Shown here: positions 46,600 through 57,031 of the stretch, in pieces
How the letters are laid out: every line of letters begins with the position of its first letter
Position numbering within the stretch: the stretch's first letter is position 1
Assembly (NCBI GenBank): GCA_964463635.1
Contig: CAYXCB010000003.1
Span: forward strand, 1 to 61,911
Direction: 5' to 3'
DNA: 61,911 bases
Source of the DNA: an uncultured Candidatus Saccharibacteria bacterium
Lineage (GTDB): Bacteria > Patescibacteriota > Saccharimonadia > Saccharimonadales > CAZARM01
Notes under the pieces: generated by a model
What the model was told of the DNA's origin: nothing
Databases searched by the model: none
Seen by the model: only the letters and a program-made list of their open reading frames with translations
Position numbers and translations under genes: made by a program

Positions 46600-47723
46600 C
46601 AGAAAAATCTCTTGAAATCTACTATTGTTATCAACACAAACAGCAGCATCAGCAGCGCGAATCCGGTACCATGGATACGGTCTTCCATTTTCTTGGTCAG
46701 GGGCCGCTTAAAAGCCCTAAATAACAACGTGACAAATAGCCGCCCGCCATCCAGCGCCGGGATCGGCAAGGCGTTCATGATAGCTAGCGTCAGCGAAATA
46801 ATCGCGATGATAAACAGGACGAATTCAAACCCAAGCAAGCTGCCGTCTTTTAGCAGCACGAATATACCGACCGGCCCGGACACTTGCTCGGTGGCTTTGC
46901 CAGTATCGCCCCTAAATAAGTTAGATATGACTGAGCCTAGACCTTTGAAGGTTTCAACCGTGAATTGTTTTATCAGTCCTGCGGCCACAATCGGTGCTGA
47001 CCAAGTCGAGCGGCGCAAAGTAAATTCAGTCGGCGAAACGCCTAAATACCCCTTTGGCTGGTCTGATTGTTTGCTGCTCTCAACTTCTTGTCGATTTCTA
47101 AGCTGGATGAAGGCGTGTTTTTGCTGGCCTTTACGTTCGACCGTCAACTGAATGGTTTTGCCAGCGAATTGTTCGGTAAGTTTAGGCAAATCGTCTGCAG
47201 CTTTCACGCCCACTGTCTGATTATCAGATGTAATGCTCACAAGTTTGTCGCGTACCTCAACGCCGGCTTGCTGGGCTGGCGAGTTAGGCTCAATATATCC
47301 AATAAATACGTCTTGTCGAACAATTTTCGTATCCCTATCAATACTAAATTGGTGGGGGAATATTTTCGGCAAGCCAACTAGAGCGCCGAATGTCAGCAGC
47401 ATGTAGGCCGTTAGCAGATTCATACCGACGCCAGCTAGCATAATTTTTACTTTGGCCTTCAGCGAAGCCGCGCCGAAACTACCAGGTTCAGTGTCGGAGT
47501 CATTCTCACCTTTTAGTCTCACAAAACCCCCAAGAGGAAGCCAATTCAGGGTATATGTGGTGCCTTTTTTCTGAGCCAGAACTTTAGCTAGCGGCGGAAA
47601 ACCGATGCCGAACTCTTCGACTTCCACGCCGTTACGCCTGGCTGCGATGAAATGGCCCCATTCATGCAGTACCACCAGCCCGACAAACATGATTAAGCCC
47701 AGGATCAACAAAATTACAGCCAT
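46599..47723 (-). CDS. rseP: Site-2 (RseP-like, M50) protease with PDZ domain
   Basis: HEWGH, PLGGFV, NALPIPALDGG. Confidence 0.92.
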   Translation of the reverse strand: MAVILLILGLIMFVGLVVLHEWGHFIAARRNGVEVEEFGIGFPPLAKVLAQKKGTTYTLNWLPLGGFVRLKGENDSDTEPGSFGAASLKAKVKIMLAGVGMNLLTAYMLLTFGALVGLPKIFPHQFSIDRDTKIVRQDVFIGYIEPNSPAQQAGVEVRDKLVSITSDNQTVGVKAADDLPKLTEQFAGKTIQLTVERKGQQKHAFIQLRNRQEVESSKQSDQPKGYLGVSPTEFTLRRSTWSAPIVAAGLIKQFTVETFKGLGSVISNLFRGDTGKATEQVSGPVGIFVLLKDGSLLGFEFVLFIIAIISLTLAIMNALPIPALDGGRLFVTLLFRAFKRPLTKKMEDRIHGTGFALLMLLFVLITIVDFKRFF

Positions 47724-48416
47724 TTAACCCCCGAATCTGCGCTGTCGGTTTTTGTAACTCTTTAGCGCTGCCTTTAGGTCATCATTAGTAAAATCAGGCC
47801 AGTGCTTGTCCACGAAATATAACTCGGCGTAAGCCGCCCGCCAGAGCATAAAGTTACTAATCCGCTGCTCGCCGGAGGTGCGGATTATCAGGTCAACATC
47901 GGGTATATCCGGCGCGTATAAAGCTTGGCTTATAGTTTTTGTCGTAATCTCTGTTTTTTTATCATTCAGATTTTTCACCGCGTCGACGATTTCTTCACGC
48001 CCGCCGTAGTTGAAACAAAGCGCTAGTGTGCCCTTAGTATTGGCAGCTGTTTTAGATTCAGCTTGTTGGATGGCCTCAAGGACTTTCGCCCTCAAGCCTT
48101 CTCGCCGACCCAGGATAACGATCTTTATACCACGCTTGTGGAATTCATCCAGGTAGCTTTCAACGGCTTTAATGACCAACTTCATAAGATAACCCACCTC
48201 TTCCTCGGTCCTAGACCAGTTCTCGATTGAGAATATAAAACCAGATAAATATTTGATGCCGCTGTCAAACACGTCAGAGGCAATTTGTTTAAAAACCTCG
48301 GCGCCTTGGCGGTGGCCTTCAAGTGTTGGCAAGCCTTTAGCTTTAGCCTTAGCCCAGCGGCGGTTACCATCAAGAATGATTCCCAGATGCGTGGGGATGG
48401 AAGCAGTTTCAGACAT
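47724..48416 (-). CDS. uppS: Undecaprenyl diphosphate synthase
   Basis: HLGIILDGNRRW, FSIENWSR, IRTSGEQRISNF. Confidence 0.96.
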   Translation of the reverse strand: MSETASIPTHLGIILDGNRRWAKAKAKGLPTLEGHRQGAEVFKQIASDVFDSGIKYLSGFIFSIENWSRTEEEVGYLMKLVIKAVESYLDEFHKRGIKIVILGRREGLRAKVLEAIQQAESKTAANTKGTLALCFNYGGREEIVDAVKNLNDKKTEITTKTISQALYAPDIPDVDLIIRTSGEQRISNFMLWRAAYAELYFVDKHWPDFTNDDLKAALKSYKNRQRRFGG

Positions 48417-48441
48417 ATATAACAATTGTACCTGACTGAGG

Positions 48442-49005
48442 CTACAACGTCATTATTTCAGCCTCTTTGGCTTTGCCGGAGGCTTCGATCTCGTTTTTGG
48501 CTTGGTTCATAGCATCGTCGATTTGTTTTTCGAGCCTTTTGGCGTCATCTTCGCCAATGTCCTTGTCTTTTTTGGCCTCATTAATAACTTTGAAAGCCTC
48601 GTGGCGAACATTGCGCAGGGTCACCATGGCGTCTTCCAGCTTGCCACCCAGCATTTTAGCGTATTCGCGTCGGCGGTCTTCAGTCAGGGGCGGAATTGGA
48701 ATCCGCACCACTCGGCCGTCATCACTTGGGTTTAGGCCTAGAGTTGGGTTATCGCGGATGGCGCTTGATATGGCCGCAATGTTGCCAGGGTCGAACGGTG
48801 TAATTTGTAATAGCTGGCCTTCTGGCGCCGTGACGGTACCGACTTGGATCAGCGGCATCTGGACACCATAAGCCTCCACTTGCACGCCATCAAGCATGCT
48901 TGGGTGAGCCCTTCCGGTCCGGACTTTTTTCAGTTCTTCCTGAAAATGCGCTAATGCATTCTGGAATTTGGCTTTAGCCTGGTCAACTATTTGCTGCGGA
49001 TTCAT
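48442..49005 (-). CDS. frr: Ribosome recycling factor
   Basis: RTGRA, NPSDDG, PPLTEDRR. Confidence 0.97.
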   Translation of the reverse strand: MNPQQIVDQAKAKFQNALAHFQEELKKVRTGRAHPSMLDGVQVEAYGVQMPLIQVGTVTAPEGQLLQITPFDPGNIAAISSAIRDNPTLGLNPSDDGRVVRIPIPPLTEDRRREYAKMLGGKLEDAMVTLRNVRHEAFKVINEAKKDKDIGEDDAKRLEKQIDDAMNQAKNEIEASGKAKEAEIMTL

Positions 49006-49014
49006 AGCTCTATT

Positions 49015-49617
49015 CTACTCGGAAACTTCACCTAAGGCCATGCGGGAAAAGCGGCGGACGACGATGTTTTCTCCTAGGCGGGCATTATGCTCTTTGACGT
49101 ATTCGTCGACAGTAATGTCTGGGTTCTTGATGAACGGCTGCTCAAGTAAAATACGTTCTGCGAAGTGTTTGTGTACCCTACCGCCAGCTATATCTTTGAG
49201 CATGTTCTCGGGTTTGCCTTCAATCTTGGCCTTTTCTGTAAATTCTGCAAATTTTGCATCGTGAATATCTTTTGGAACATTTTCTTTTGAAACGAATTCC
49301 GGATTGCTGGCTGCTATATGCATGGCGAGATCTTTTACCAAATCAGTAAAGATTTCATTGCGAGCAACAAAGTCAGTTTCACAATTAACTTCAACCAGTA
49401 CGCCAATCCGGCCGTCGTGGTTGTAAGTCCCAACTAATCCCGCTCGGGCTTCGCGCTCACCACGTTTGTCGGCTTTGGTCAGGCCTTTTTTGCGCATGGC
49501 TTCTAATGCCTTATCAAAGTCACCCTTGGACTCTTCTAGCGCGGCTTTGGCATCAGTCAGACCAACGCCAGTCAGGTTCTTTAATCGTTTAACGTCATCT
49601 ATAGATATATTAGCCAT
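49015..49617 (-). CDS. tsf: Elongation factor Ts (short form)
   Basis: VK.L...TG, EVNCETDFVA, LLEQPFIK. Confidence 0.96.
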   Translation of the reverse strand: MANISIDDVKRLKNLTGVGLTDAKAALEESKGDFDKALEAMRKKGLTKADKRGEREARAGLVGTYNHDGRIGVLVEVNCETDFVARNEIFTDLVKDLAMHIAASNPEFVSKENVPKDIHDAKFAEFTEKAKIEGKPENMLKDIAGGRVHKHFAERILLEQPFIKNPDITVDEYVKEHNARLGENIVVRRFSRMALGEVSE

Positions 49618-50407
49618 TGCCGCGTACCGCCTTTACTTCTTCTTGTGGTTCCTCTACTTTCTTGTCGACTTTTTCTTCCTTGTCTAGTTTGGCATTCGCT
49701 ACGGCGGCTTTTTTGACATGCTTGGCTTTGCCGGCAGCTATTGCTGCTTTTACGTAATCGACGATTAATTGGATAGATTTGATTGCGTCGTCGTTGGCTG
49801 GAATCGGGTAATCAACCAGTCCGGGGTCAGCATTGGTATCAACGATGGCTACGATCGGGATATTCAGCTTGCGGGCTTCACGGATGGCATTTGCCTCGTG
49901 TACAACATCGGTTACAAAAACCGCTCCGACACGGGCAGCCATATCCTTGATGCCACCATATTGAAAGTTCATTTCATCGATTTCTTCCTGGTAGCGCTGG
50001 ACCTCTAGTTTGTTGTATTTGGCAGCCAACTGGCCGTTTTCCATACGGGCTTCTAGGTCCTTCAGGTGCTTGATGCGTCCTTGAATAGTGTTGCGGTTAG
50101 TCAGCATGCCGCCTAGCCAGCGTTCGACAACAAATGGCATACCTAGTTCTTCAGCTGCTTGTTTAATAATGTCGTGCGCTTGGCGCTTAGTGCCGACCAG
50201 CAAAATTTGCTTACCGGTTTCGGCCGTGTTTTCTAGGAAATGCAAAGCTGTTTCTAGACTAGTTACGGTCTGGGTCAGGTCAATGATATGCGACCCGCCG
50301 CGCTTGCTATGAATGAATGGCGCCATCTTTGGGTGCCAACGGCTAGTTTTGTGGCCAAAATGAGCTCCGGCCTCTAGTAATTTCTTGATGTCTACATCTG
50401 TAGCCAT
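49610..50407 (-). CDS. rpsB: 30S ribosomal protein S2
   Basis: LLEAGAHFGH, RWLGGMLTN, DTN, PANDD. Confidence 0.98.
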   Translation of the reverse strand: MATDVDIKKLLEAGAHFGHKTSRWHPKMAPFIHSKRGGSHIIDLTQTVTSLETALHFLENTAETGKQILLVGTKRQAHDIIKQAAEELGMPFVVERWLGGMLTNRNTIQGRIKHLKDLEARMENGQLAAKYNKLEVQRYQEEIDEMNFQYGGIKDMAARVGAVFVTDVVHEANAIREARKLNIPIVAIVDTNADPGLVDYPIPANDDAIKSIQLIVDYVKAAIAAGKAKHVKKAAVANAKLDKEEKVDKKVEEPQEEVKAVRGNG

Positions 50408-50538
50408 ATAAATATAACCTTTCGTAGTCCTTTACCTTCATTTGGGTGCTCTGACTGCCCTACACGGGTAAAGTTAGAGAGGATTAAACCCCAAACTGCT
50501 TATTAATGACCCTCTAAGTATAACAGAGGGCTAACAGA

Positions 50539-50567
50539 TTGACAATAGCTATGTTTATCTATATACT
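50539..50567 (+). promoter_or_regulatory. Sigma70-type promoter of rpmE
   Basis: TTGACA-17bp-TATACT. Confidence 0.75.
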
Positions 50568-50581
50568 CTCCCAAGCTAAAG

Positions 50582-50699
50582 GCTTTCGTAGTTGCTTGCA
50601 GTTCTAGGCAGGACCGAGCAACGGAGTGAGCCGTACGCAAAAGGTACGGTGAACGAGTAGCGGAGGTTCTAACGACGAAATGTAAGTAAGTAGGAAAGC
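50582..50699 (+). ncRNA. Structured element in the rpmE 5' leader (structured motif copy 2)
   Basis: GCTTTC/GAAAGC, TTGCTTGCA/TGTAAGTAA (two G-U pairs), CCGTAC/GTACGG; core homologous to 13791-13840. Confidence 0.6.
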
Positions 50700-50704
50700 G
50701 TTTT

Positions 50705-51058
50705 ATGAAAAAAGGATTACACCCAGACACATACCGCCCTGTAGTATTCCAGGACCTGAACAACAACTGGTCTTTTCTGACGAAATCAACTGTCGCGACT
50801 GAAGAAACCATAAAGTGGGAAGACGGGAACGAATACCCGCTTGTTAAAGTGCATGTTTCTAGCGCCTCACATCCCTTCTTCACAGGACAAGAAAAGATGA
50901 TCGACATCGAAGGCCGAGTTGATAAGTTTAAAGCCCGTCAGGAAGCCGCCAAGGCCCGTACTAACGCTATGAAGTCCAAAGCAACTAAAACCCGCGTGAA
51001 GACGCCCAAGGCCGACGAAACCCAGAAAATGGGTTCCTTAAAGCCAGGCCGAAAATAG
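50705..51058 (+). CDS. rpmE: 50S ribosomal protein L31 type B (no Zn cysteines) with basic C-terminal extension
   Basis: MKKGLHP..YRPVVF, YPL...[17 protein letters not shown]. Confidence 0.95.
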   Translation: MKKGLHPDTYRPVVFQDLNNNWSFLTKSTVATEETIKWEDGNEYPLVKVHVSSASHPFFTGQEKMIDIEGRVDKFKARQEAAKARTNAMKSKATKTRVKTPKADETQKMGSLKPGRK

Positions 51059-51132
51059 CTGACCGTACACAGCTGACAGCAAACAGTTTATAGCTACAAT
51101 TTACTGTCAACTGTAAGCTGTAAGCTGTAAAC
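51056..51132. repeat. Heptamer-repeat hairpin, inverted homolog of 43790-43862
   Basis: ACAGCTG ACAGCAA ACAGTTT ... CTGTCAA CTGTAAG CTGTAAG CTGTAAA. Confidence 0.8.
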
Positions 51133-51140
51133 TATTTCCT

Positions 51141-52217
51141 ATGGACCAAAAAGAGCAAGCGCTACGAGCTGAGTACGAGAAACTGCAGAAGCAACTGCAG
51201 GATCCGAGTATTTTTAGTGACTCGAAATATCCGAAATTAGCCCGACGTCTGGGGCAGCTTGAATCCATTATTTCTCTCTTTGACAAACGCCACTCTTTAG
51301 AGGAGACGAAAATCGAGGCCGAGCAGCACTTGAGCGGTAGCGATACGCAGCTCGCAGAAGTGGCTCGCAGCATTTTGGATGAACTGGCCCTACTTATTCA
51401 AGTTAACGAACAAGCACTTACAGAGGCCTTAACACCCAAGGACCCCAACGATGTCCGTGATGCAATTTTGGAAATTCGAGCCGCTGCCGGAGGCGACGAG
51501 GCGAGTTTATTTGCCGCCGAACTGTACCGGATGTATGTGCGTTGGGCCGAAGCTCATCTATATAAAACAGAGTTGCTAAGCGAGAGCCCATCGGAGTCGG
51601 GCGGCTTTAAGGAAGTAATATTTATTGTTCGAGGTGCGGACGCTTACCGGAGCCTTAAATTTGAGGCTGGCGTCCACCGCGTCCAGCGTGTACCGGTAAC
51701 CGAATCCCAAGGCCGAATCCATACCAGTACTGTCACCGTGGCAGTCATGCCTGAAGCCGAAGAAACAGATGTTAAGATCAAAGATTCCGACCTTAGGATT
51801 GATGTCTTCCGATCCGGCGGACATGGCGGCCAATCTGTTAATACAACCGATTCAGCCGTCCGTATTACTCATATCCCTACTGGTTTAGTGGTAGCCAACC
51901 AAGATGAGAAATCCCAAATCAAAAACAAAGCCAAAGCCATGAGCGTACTGCGTTCCCGCTTGCTGCAGCGAAAAATCGACAATGAGCAAAAGCAGTTGTC
52001 TGATGCCCGCAAGACTTTGATCGGCTCCGGCGACCGGTCTGAAAAAATCCGCACTTATAATTTCCCACAAGACCGCATAACTGACCACCGCATTAATTAT
52101 TCCCGCTCTAATATCCCGGCCGCCTTAAATGGCGACATCAACGATTTAATTGAAGGACTTCATGAATACGAACGACAGCTCATTAACGATGAGCCAGTGG
52201 CTAACCAAGGCAACTAA
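51141..52217 (+). CDS. prfA: Peptide chain release factor 1
   Basis: [19 protein letters not shown] (PxT), [15 protein letters not shown]. Confidence 0.97.
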   Translation: MDQKEQALRAEYEKLQKQLQDPSIFSDSKYPKLARRLGQLESIISLFDKRHSLEETKIEAEQHLSGSDTQLAEVARSILDELALLIQVNEQALTEALTPKDPNDVRDAILEIRAAAGGDEASLFAAELYRMYVRWAEAHLYKTELLSESPSESGGFKEVIFIVRGADAYRSLKFEAGVHRVQRVPVTESQGRIHTSTVTVAVMPEAEETDVKIKDSDLRIDVFRSGGHGGQSVNTTDSAVRITHIPTGLVVANQDEKSQIKNKAKAMSVLRSRLLQRKIDNEQKQLSDARKTLIGSGDRSEKIRTYNFPQDRITDHRINYSRSNIPAALNGDINDLIEGLHEYERQLINDEPVANQGN

Positions 52218-53010
52218 AAAACTCGAGGAGTCCGGGATAGGCACTGCGCGATTGGATGCCTTAGTCCTGTTTGAAGATGCCACCGGCAAAAACCGCGCCT
52301 GGCTCCTCGCCCACCCAGAAACCCGCTTGGACAAAGTTGCAAGAGATCCGACCTCTAGCAGGCTTTTAGACGAGTGGGTGGAGAGGCGGGCTGGGCACGA
52401 GCCACTGGCATATATCAGGGGTAGGACTGAGTTTTACGGACGCAAATTTAAAGTTGATAAGCGTGTGCTGGAACCACGGCCAGAGTCGGAAACTATGATT
52501 GATTTGCTCAAGACTCTGCCTCTACCAAAGACGCGGCATATAATCGATGTCGGTACTGGCTCAGGATCATTGGGCATTACAGCTGCTTTAGAGATTCCCG
52601 GCAGTACAATTGAACTTATAGACATTGATCCCGGCTGTCTCAAAGTAGCTAGGCAAAACCTGAAACTGCATAAAGTTACCGCTGAATTAGTTCATGGTGA
52701 TTTATTGGAGAAAACTAAACGACCGGCTGATGTTGTCCTAGCGAATCTGCCTTATGTGCCTGATTCGCACACTATTAACGAGGCAGCCATGCAGGAGCCC
52801 AAAATTGCTATCTTTGGTGGACTAGACGGCCTAAATTTGTATCGAAAACTTTTCACCCAGTTTACGAAGAATTCGCAGCAACCGAAATATGTATTAACTG
52901 AGTCCCTGCCTTTCCAGCACCAAGAGCTAGAAAAAATAGCTGGATCTCACAAATACAAACTACATAAGGAAGATGATTTTATAATGGTCTTTAAGCTACG
53001 CCAGGCTTAG
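52162..53010 (+). CDS. prmC: Release factor glutamine methyltransferase
   Basis: RR..HEPLAYI.G, VL.PRPESE, DVGTGSG, NLPY; follows prfA; start uncertain (52150-52189). Confidence 0.93.
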   Translation: MNTNDSSLTMSQWLTKATKKLEESGIGTARLDALVLFEDATGKNRAWLLAHPETRLDKVARDPTSSRLLDEWVERRAGHEPLAYIRGRTEFYGRKFKVDKRVLEPRPESETMIDLLKTLPLPKTRHIIDVGTGSGSLGITAALEIPGSTIELIDIDPGCLKVARQNLKLHKVTAELVHGDLLEKTKRPADVVLANLPYVPDSHTINEAAMQEPKIAIFGGLDGLNLYRKLFTQFTKNSQQPKYVLTESLPFQHQELEKIAGSHKYKLHKEDDFIMVFKLRQA

Positions 53011-53771
53011 ACAACTTTGTCGCCCCAGCCGGAAAAAATCAAAACAACCATGACGATGGCGATCATTATAAAGATAAACTGCCGCCTAACTACAACTGAT
53101 AGCCTGTCTTTTTGGTCCAAATAATACAGCACCGCCAGACCGTAGCCAATCACTGTGAGCAGAAGTGTGGGTTGAGCAATTACGCCAAACCTGGGATCGG
53201 GATAAAAGCGCAGCCAGTGGCCAAGCACCCAGACGAGGGCGGCCGCGAAATAGCCCCAGGTATGAGAAAATAGCCTGGTATAAGGCTCTTCGAAATTTGT
53301 AAAAAAGTGCCTGGCGGCTGCGTAACAGATAATACCAGCAAACAGCACCAGTACGCCCAGAGGCAGATCGCCCCAGCCGATAAATAAGGCCATTAGCCCT
53401 GCTAGCTGCCCGACTAAGGCTTGTATAGAAATGCTCATCATATCCGATCGCGGCTTTAGAAGCAGTAGCCAGCCGGCGTACAGCACAGCCCACAACAACT
53501 GCCAGGTCCCTGAGAAACTATTAACCATAAACGTCAAAAATGAAATGCCGACAATAATATCAATGGCATTGGCCCTAACATTCGGCCACCAGTGCCGCGG
53601 CCGAACCGCCAGCATGCGCCATTTGCTTAACAAAATTAGCGCTAGTGCCACTTGCTCGAAATTGATGCGAACAAAAATAAATACCAGCGCCGGCAGCAGC
53701 GCATTGAGGCCAAGATAGGCCAAATGCGCTACACCGCTCTTCGGCTTCATCCGCGCGACAATACTAGGCAT
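53007..53771 (-). CDS. Polytopic membrane hypothetical protein
   Basis: ~8 TM segments. Confidence 0.7.
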   Translation of the reverse strand: MPSIVARMKPKSGVAHLAYLGLNALLPALVFIFVRINFEQVALALILLSKWRMLAVRPRHWWPNVRANAIDIIVGISFLTFMVNSFSGTWQLLWAVLYAGWLLLLKPRSDMMSISIQALVGQLAGLMALFIGWGDLPLGVLVLFAGIICYAAARHFFTNFEEPYTRLFSHTWGYFAAALVWVLGHWLRFYPDPRFGVIAQPTLLLTVIGYGLAVLYYLDQKDRLSVVVRRQFIFIMIAIVMVVLIFSGWGDKVV

Positions 53772-53773
53772 AG

Positions 53774-55408
53774 TTAATTTTCGAGTCGGGAGACTTCATC
53801 AGTACCCAGTATTATAACAAAATCTGCTGTTCCTGGGTTAATAGCGTAGCCGTCAGGTAAACTGGTCCTGGCTGTTACTTTGAGCCGCTGTTCTAGATAG
53901 TGCTCGGTGTATTTCTTTTGATCGCCGCGCAGAGCCACTAGAATGGTTTCTTTGTTACCTTTGGTTGGGGCGTCTGCCACAGTTGTAATGTTATAGCCGT
54001 ATGATTTCAGGTCATCACCTGTCCTAGCCGCTAAACCAGTGGTAGATGTGCCGTTATAAACGGCGATCGAAGCGTCTTCTTTGCGCAAGAAACCGTCTCG
54101 CAGTTTGTTGCGCAGGAAATTTTGAATTTCCTTGTAATTGTAGGTTCCGGCCTTCGGAACGACTACTGACTGGCCGCCAACGTTTGCCGTAATCAAATAG
54201 TTGTTTGGCGGATCCGCCAGGCCAATGGATTCGACTTTGCTGCCGTCGATTTTTTTGCCAATCTCATACAACCGGGTAAGCTCGTCGAGCACAAAATTAG
54301 TCTGGACGTGATCGCCGAAGGCATTTAGCAGATCATTGATCTTAACTGGGTTGCTAAGCGTACCCAGGGTGAACACTTTGCTTTTGAGTCCGATTAGGAC
54401 GCCGCGCTGGCGCTCAGCTCGGTCGAAATCGCCGCGGGCGCTAGTCATGCGCGAGCGTGAATAAGCCAGAGCTCTAAAGCCGTCAAAATGCTGGACCCCT
54501 GTTTTTACATTCAAAGTATATGGTTTGCCGTCTATACGCATATTCTCAAATAACGCCGTTTTAACGTCTATATCTATACCCCCCACGGCATCGATAGCTT
54601 TCTTGAAGCCGGTGAAGTCAACCATCACGTGGTAATGAATCGGCAGACCCAGAGTAGTTTCTAGAGTTTTTTCAACGGCGGCAAAACCGGCTTCTTCGGC
54701 TTTCTTAGCCTGATCAGACTGTTTTTTGCCGGATAAAACTTTGTTCTTAGCAGTCGCGTATACTGCGTTGATTTTCATTGATCCGCTGGTGTCGGTTTTG
54801 ACATAAAAGTCGCGCGGAATACTGACCAGGGCGGCTTCGTTCTGGGTCGGGTCAATGCTAGCTATCAGAATGGTGTCTGTCAGGTCAGGGGCAGTATGGC
54901 CGTCGCCGCCTTTGCCGAGCAGCAATATATTAATACGTCCGTCGCCTTCGCCATTTAGCTTTGTCGGGTCGACGTTTTCCTGCAGGGCCGCGGCGCCGCC
55001 GCCGCCAGCTAGGATTTGCCGGCCTTTCATAAATAGCTGGAAGCCTAGGTAGCTGCTAGCGATCAGGGTTAATACGCCTAGCGACAAGGCCCCGCGCTTG
55101 GCGATTTTACGCCAGTTACGTTTGCCTTTTTTATGAGCCGGTTTATCTTGTACAGCACCCAGGTCTATGTGGCCATGATGGTCGCGTCTGGGCTGACGCC
55201 CAAATGTTTCAGTTGATCGCGCCGGGAAACCGACTGAACCTTTCTGAACAGAATGAAAGCCATCAACCCGCTTAAAATCACCTATAGTTGGCCGAGGTTT
55301 AGCGTCCGCCGGCCGGCCGACAGGCGGATGTTTGGGCCGATTAGACAAAAACCCGTCTATGGCCGACGACTTGCTGCGGTTGTGGTTGAATTTACGAAAA
55401 TTGTCCAT
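53774..55408 (-). CDS. LCP (LytR-CpsA-Psr) family protein with LytR C-terminal domain
   Basis: INILLLG, TDTI, SIPRD, KINA, DFDRAERQ; VYNGT..TGLA, DFVIILG. Confidence 0.92.
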   Translation of the reverse strand: MDNFRKFNHNRSKSSAIDGFLSNRPKHPPVGRPADAKPRPTIGDFKRVDGFHSVQKGSVGFPARSTETFGRQPRRDHHGHIDLGAVQDKPAHKKGKRNWRKIAKRGALSLGVLTLIASSYLGFQLFMKGRQILAGGGGAAALQENVDPTKLNGEGDGRINILLLGKGGDGHTAPDLTDTILIASIDPTQNEAALVSIPRDFYVKTDTSGSMKINAVYATAKNKVLSGKKQSDQAKKAEEAGFAAVEKTLETTLGLPIHYHVMVDFTGFKKAIDAVGGIDIDVKTALFENMRIDGKPYTLNVKTGVQHFDGFRALAYSRSRMTSARGDFDRAERQRGVLIGLKSKVFTLGTLSNPVKINDLLNAFGDHVQTNFVLDELTRLYEIGKKIDGSKVESIGLADPPNNYLITANVGGQSVVVPKAGTYNYKEIQNFLRNKLRDGFLRKEDASIAVYNGTSTTGLAARTGDDLKSYGYNITTVADAPTKGNKETILVALRGDQKKYTEHYLEQRLKVTARTSLPDGYAINPGTADFVIILGTDEVSRLEN

Positions 55409-55498
55409 TTGTACTTAAGGTTATAGTATAACGCTTGAGGTTACCTAGCGTAAAGAAGTGCAAGTTCAAAAGAAGTAGTTTATAGTGGTAGGCTGAAC

Positions 55499-56161
55499 AT
55501 GCAACAGTCGCCTACTATACCACAGCCGGGCCCTGAAGAATATACCAATTTTTCACCCCAGCCTGTCACTTCTCCGCATCGTCCTAAAGAGGGTTGGGGC
55601 AGTGTTATTTCAACGATACTTATTCTGCTGGCGGCACCGTTCATCGCCCTGTTGTTAACGGCTTTTGTTTTCCAGTCATACGAGGTTGAAGGGCCTAGCA
55701 TGGAAACGACCCTGCATAACCGCGATCGGCTGATCGTGTTAAAGACCGGCAAAACTTGGTCCCGGCTGACGCGCGGACACTTTATACCTAAACGCGGCGA
55801 CATTGTAGTTTTTGAAAAGTCAGGTGTGTATGATTTTGGCCAAGGCGGCGGCAAGCAGCTGATTAAGCGAGTTATCGGTTTGCCGGGCGACCGAGTAGTT
55901 ATCAAGGACGGGGTTGTTACGGTACACAACGAAAAGTTCCCGGTCGGTTTCCAGCCGGACCAGACGTCTGATTATCACAGTGCCATTGGTTCTACTTCGC
56001 CCAGTGTTGATATTAGCGTGGGAGAAAATGAAGTCTTTGTTTTAGGAGATAACCGGTCCAACTCTCTGGATTCACGCAGTTTTGGAACCATTAAGTCAGA
56101 TGACATTGTTGGTACGCTGGCGTTGCGCATTTTTCCGCTAAATACCCTAGAGGCGTACTAA
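55499..56161 (+). CDS. lepB: Signal peptidase I
   Basis: G.SM.TTL, RGDIVVF, IKRVIGLPGD, GDNR.NSLDSR.FG. Confidence 0.96.
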   Translation: MQQSPTIPQPGPEEYTNFSPQPVTSPHRPKEGWGSVISTILILLAAPFIALLLTAFVFQSYEVEGPSMETTLHNRDRLIVLKTGKTWSRLTRGHFIPKRGDIVVFEKSGVYDFGQGGGKQLIKRVIGLPGDRVVIKDGVVTVHNEKFPVGFQPDQTSDYHSAIGSTSPSVDISVGENEVFVLGDNRSNSLDSRSFGTIKSDDIVGTLALRIFPLNTLEAY

Positions 56162-57021
56162 TTATCAATTTTATCAAGTAGTTCGATAAGCCTTTGCAGT
56201 TCTTGGTCGGACTTAAAGTGCAGCTCAAGCCGGCCGCCGCGTGCTGTTCGCTTCAGGACCACTAGAGTTTTTAATAACTTGGTCAGCCGCTGGGTTTCGG
56301 GTGTGGCGCTGGCAACTCGAGCTTCGGCATCAATTGAGCTTTTAGCACCAGCCCGCAAACTAACGACGAACTGTTCGGCCTGGCGGACCGACCATTTCTT
56401 TTCGATTATAAGTTTCAGTAGTTCGGCTTGTTTAGCAAGGTTATCCTTTAAAGCTAATATGGCCCGGGCATGGCCTTCACTAATTTGGTTTTGCCGTAAG
56501 GCTTGAGTCGCGTCCTTTGGCAATTGTAAGAGTCGCACAATATTATTAACAGTTGGCACTGCTTTACTAAGCCGTTTGGCGATTTCACTGTAGTTTATGT
56601 TGAACTGGGTGTGCAATTTTTCAATTGATATAGCTTGCTCTAACGGAGACAGATCAACCCGCTGGACGTTTTCAATTAACGCGACTTCGAGCTGTTCCAG
56701 TTCTTCTCGCTTGCGCACAATCGCTGGCACTTGAGTCAGACCTGCTATCTGAGCTGCTCGCCAGCGCCGCTCGCCAGCGACCAATATGTATTTATCATTT
56801 TTTGGCGAAACGATCAGCGGCTGCAATATACCGTATCTTTTTATAGACGCAGCTAGCTCGTCCAGGGCCACTTGTTCAAAATGCCGGCGCGGCTGGTCCG
56901 GATTAGGTTCAATGTCGCTCGTGAACAACTTTTGTACTCTATCGCTACTATCAATTAACAGAGACGGGTCGAAATCTGTTGGTATCAGAGAATCAAATCC
57001 CTTGCCTAATCCCTTCGCCAC
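56158..57021 (-). CDS. parB: Chromosome partitioning protein ParB/Spo0J
   Basis: GLGKG...LI, PNPDQPR, AGERRWRA, ENVQR.DL, EGHARA. Confidence 0.96.
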   Translation of the reverse strand: MAKGLGKGFDSLIPTDFDPSLLIDSSDRVQKLFTSDIEPNPDQPRRHFEQVALDELAASIKRYGILQPLIVSPKNDKYILVAGERRWRAAQIAGLTQVPAIVRKREELEQLEVALIENVQRVDLSPLEQAISIEKLHTQFNINYSEIAKRLSKAVPTVNNIVRLLQLPKDATQALRQNQISEGHARAILALKDNLAKQAELLKLIIEKKWSVRQAEQFVVSLRAGAKSSIDAEARVASATPETQRLTKLLKTLVVLKRTARGGRLELHFKSDQELQRLIELLDKIDN

Positions 57022-57031
57022 AATCAGCTCC

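Noticed and set aside
48335-48353. Tandem hexamer giving AKAKAK in uppS
   Set aside because: A simple in-frame 6-nt slippage or assembly artefact with no evident function
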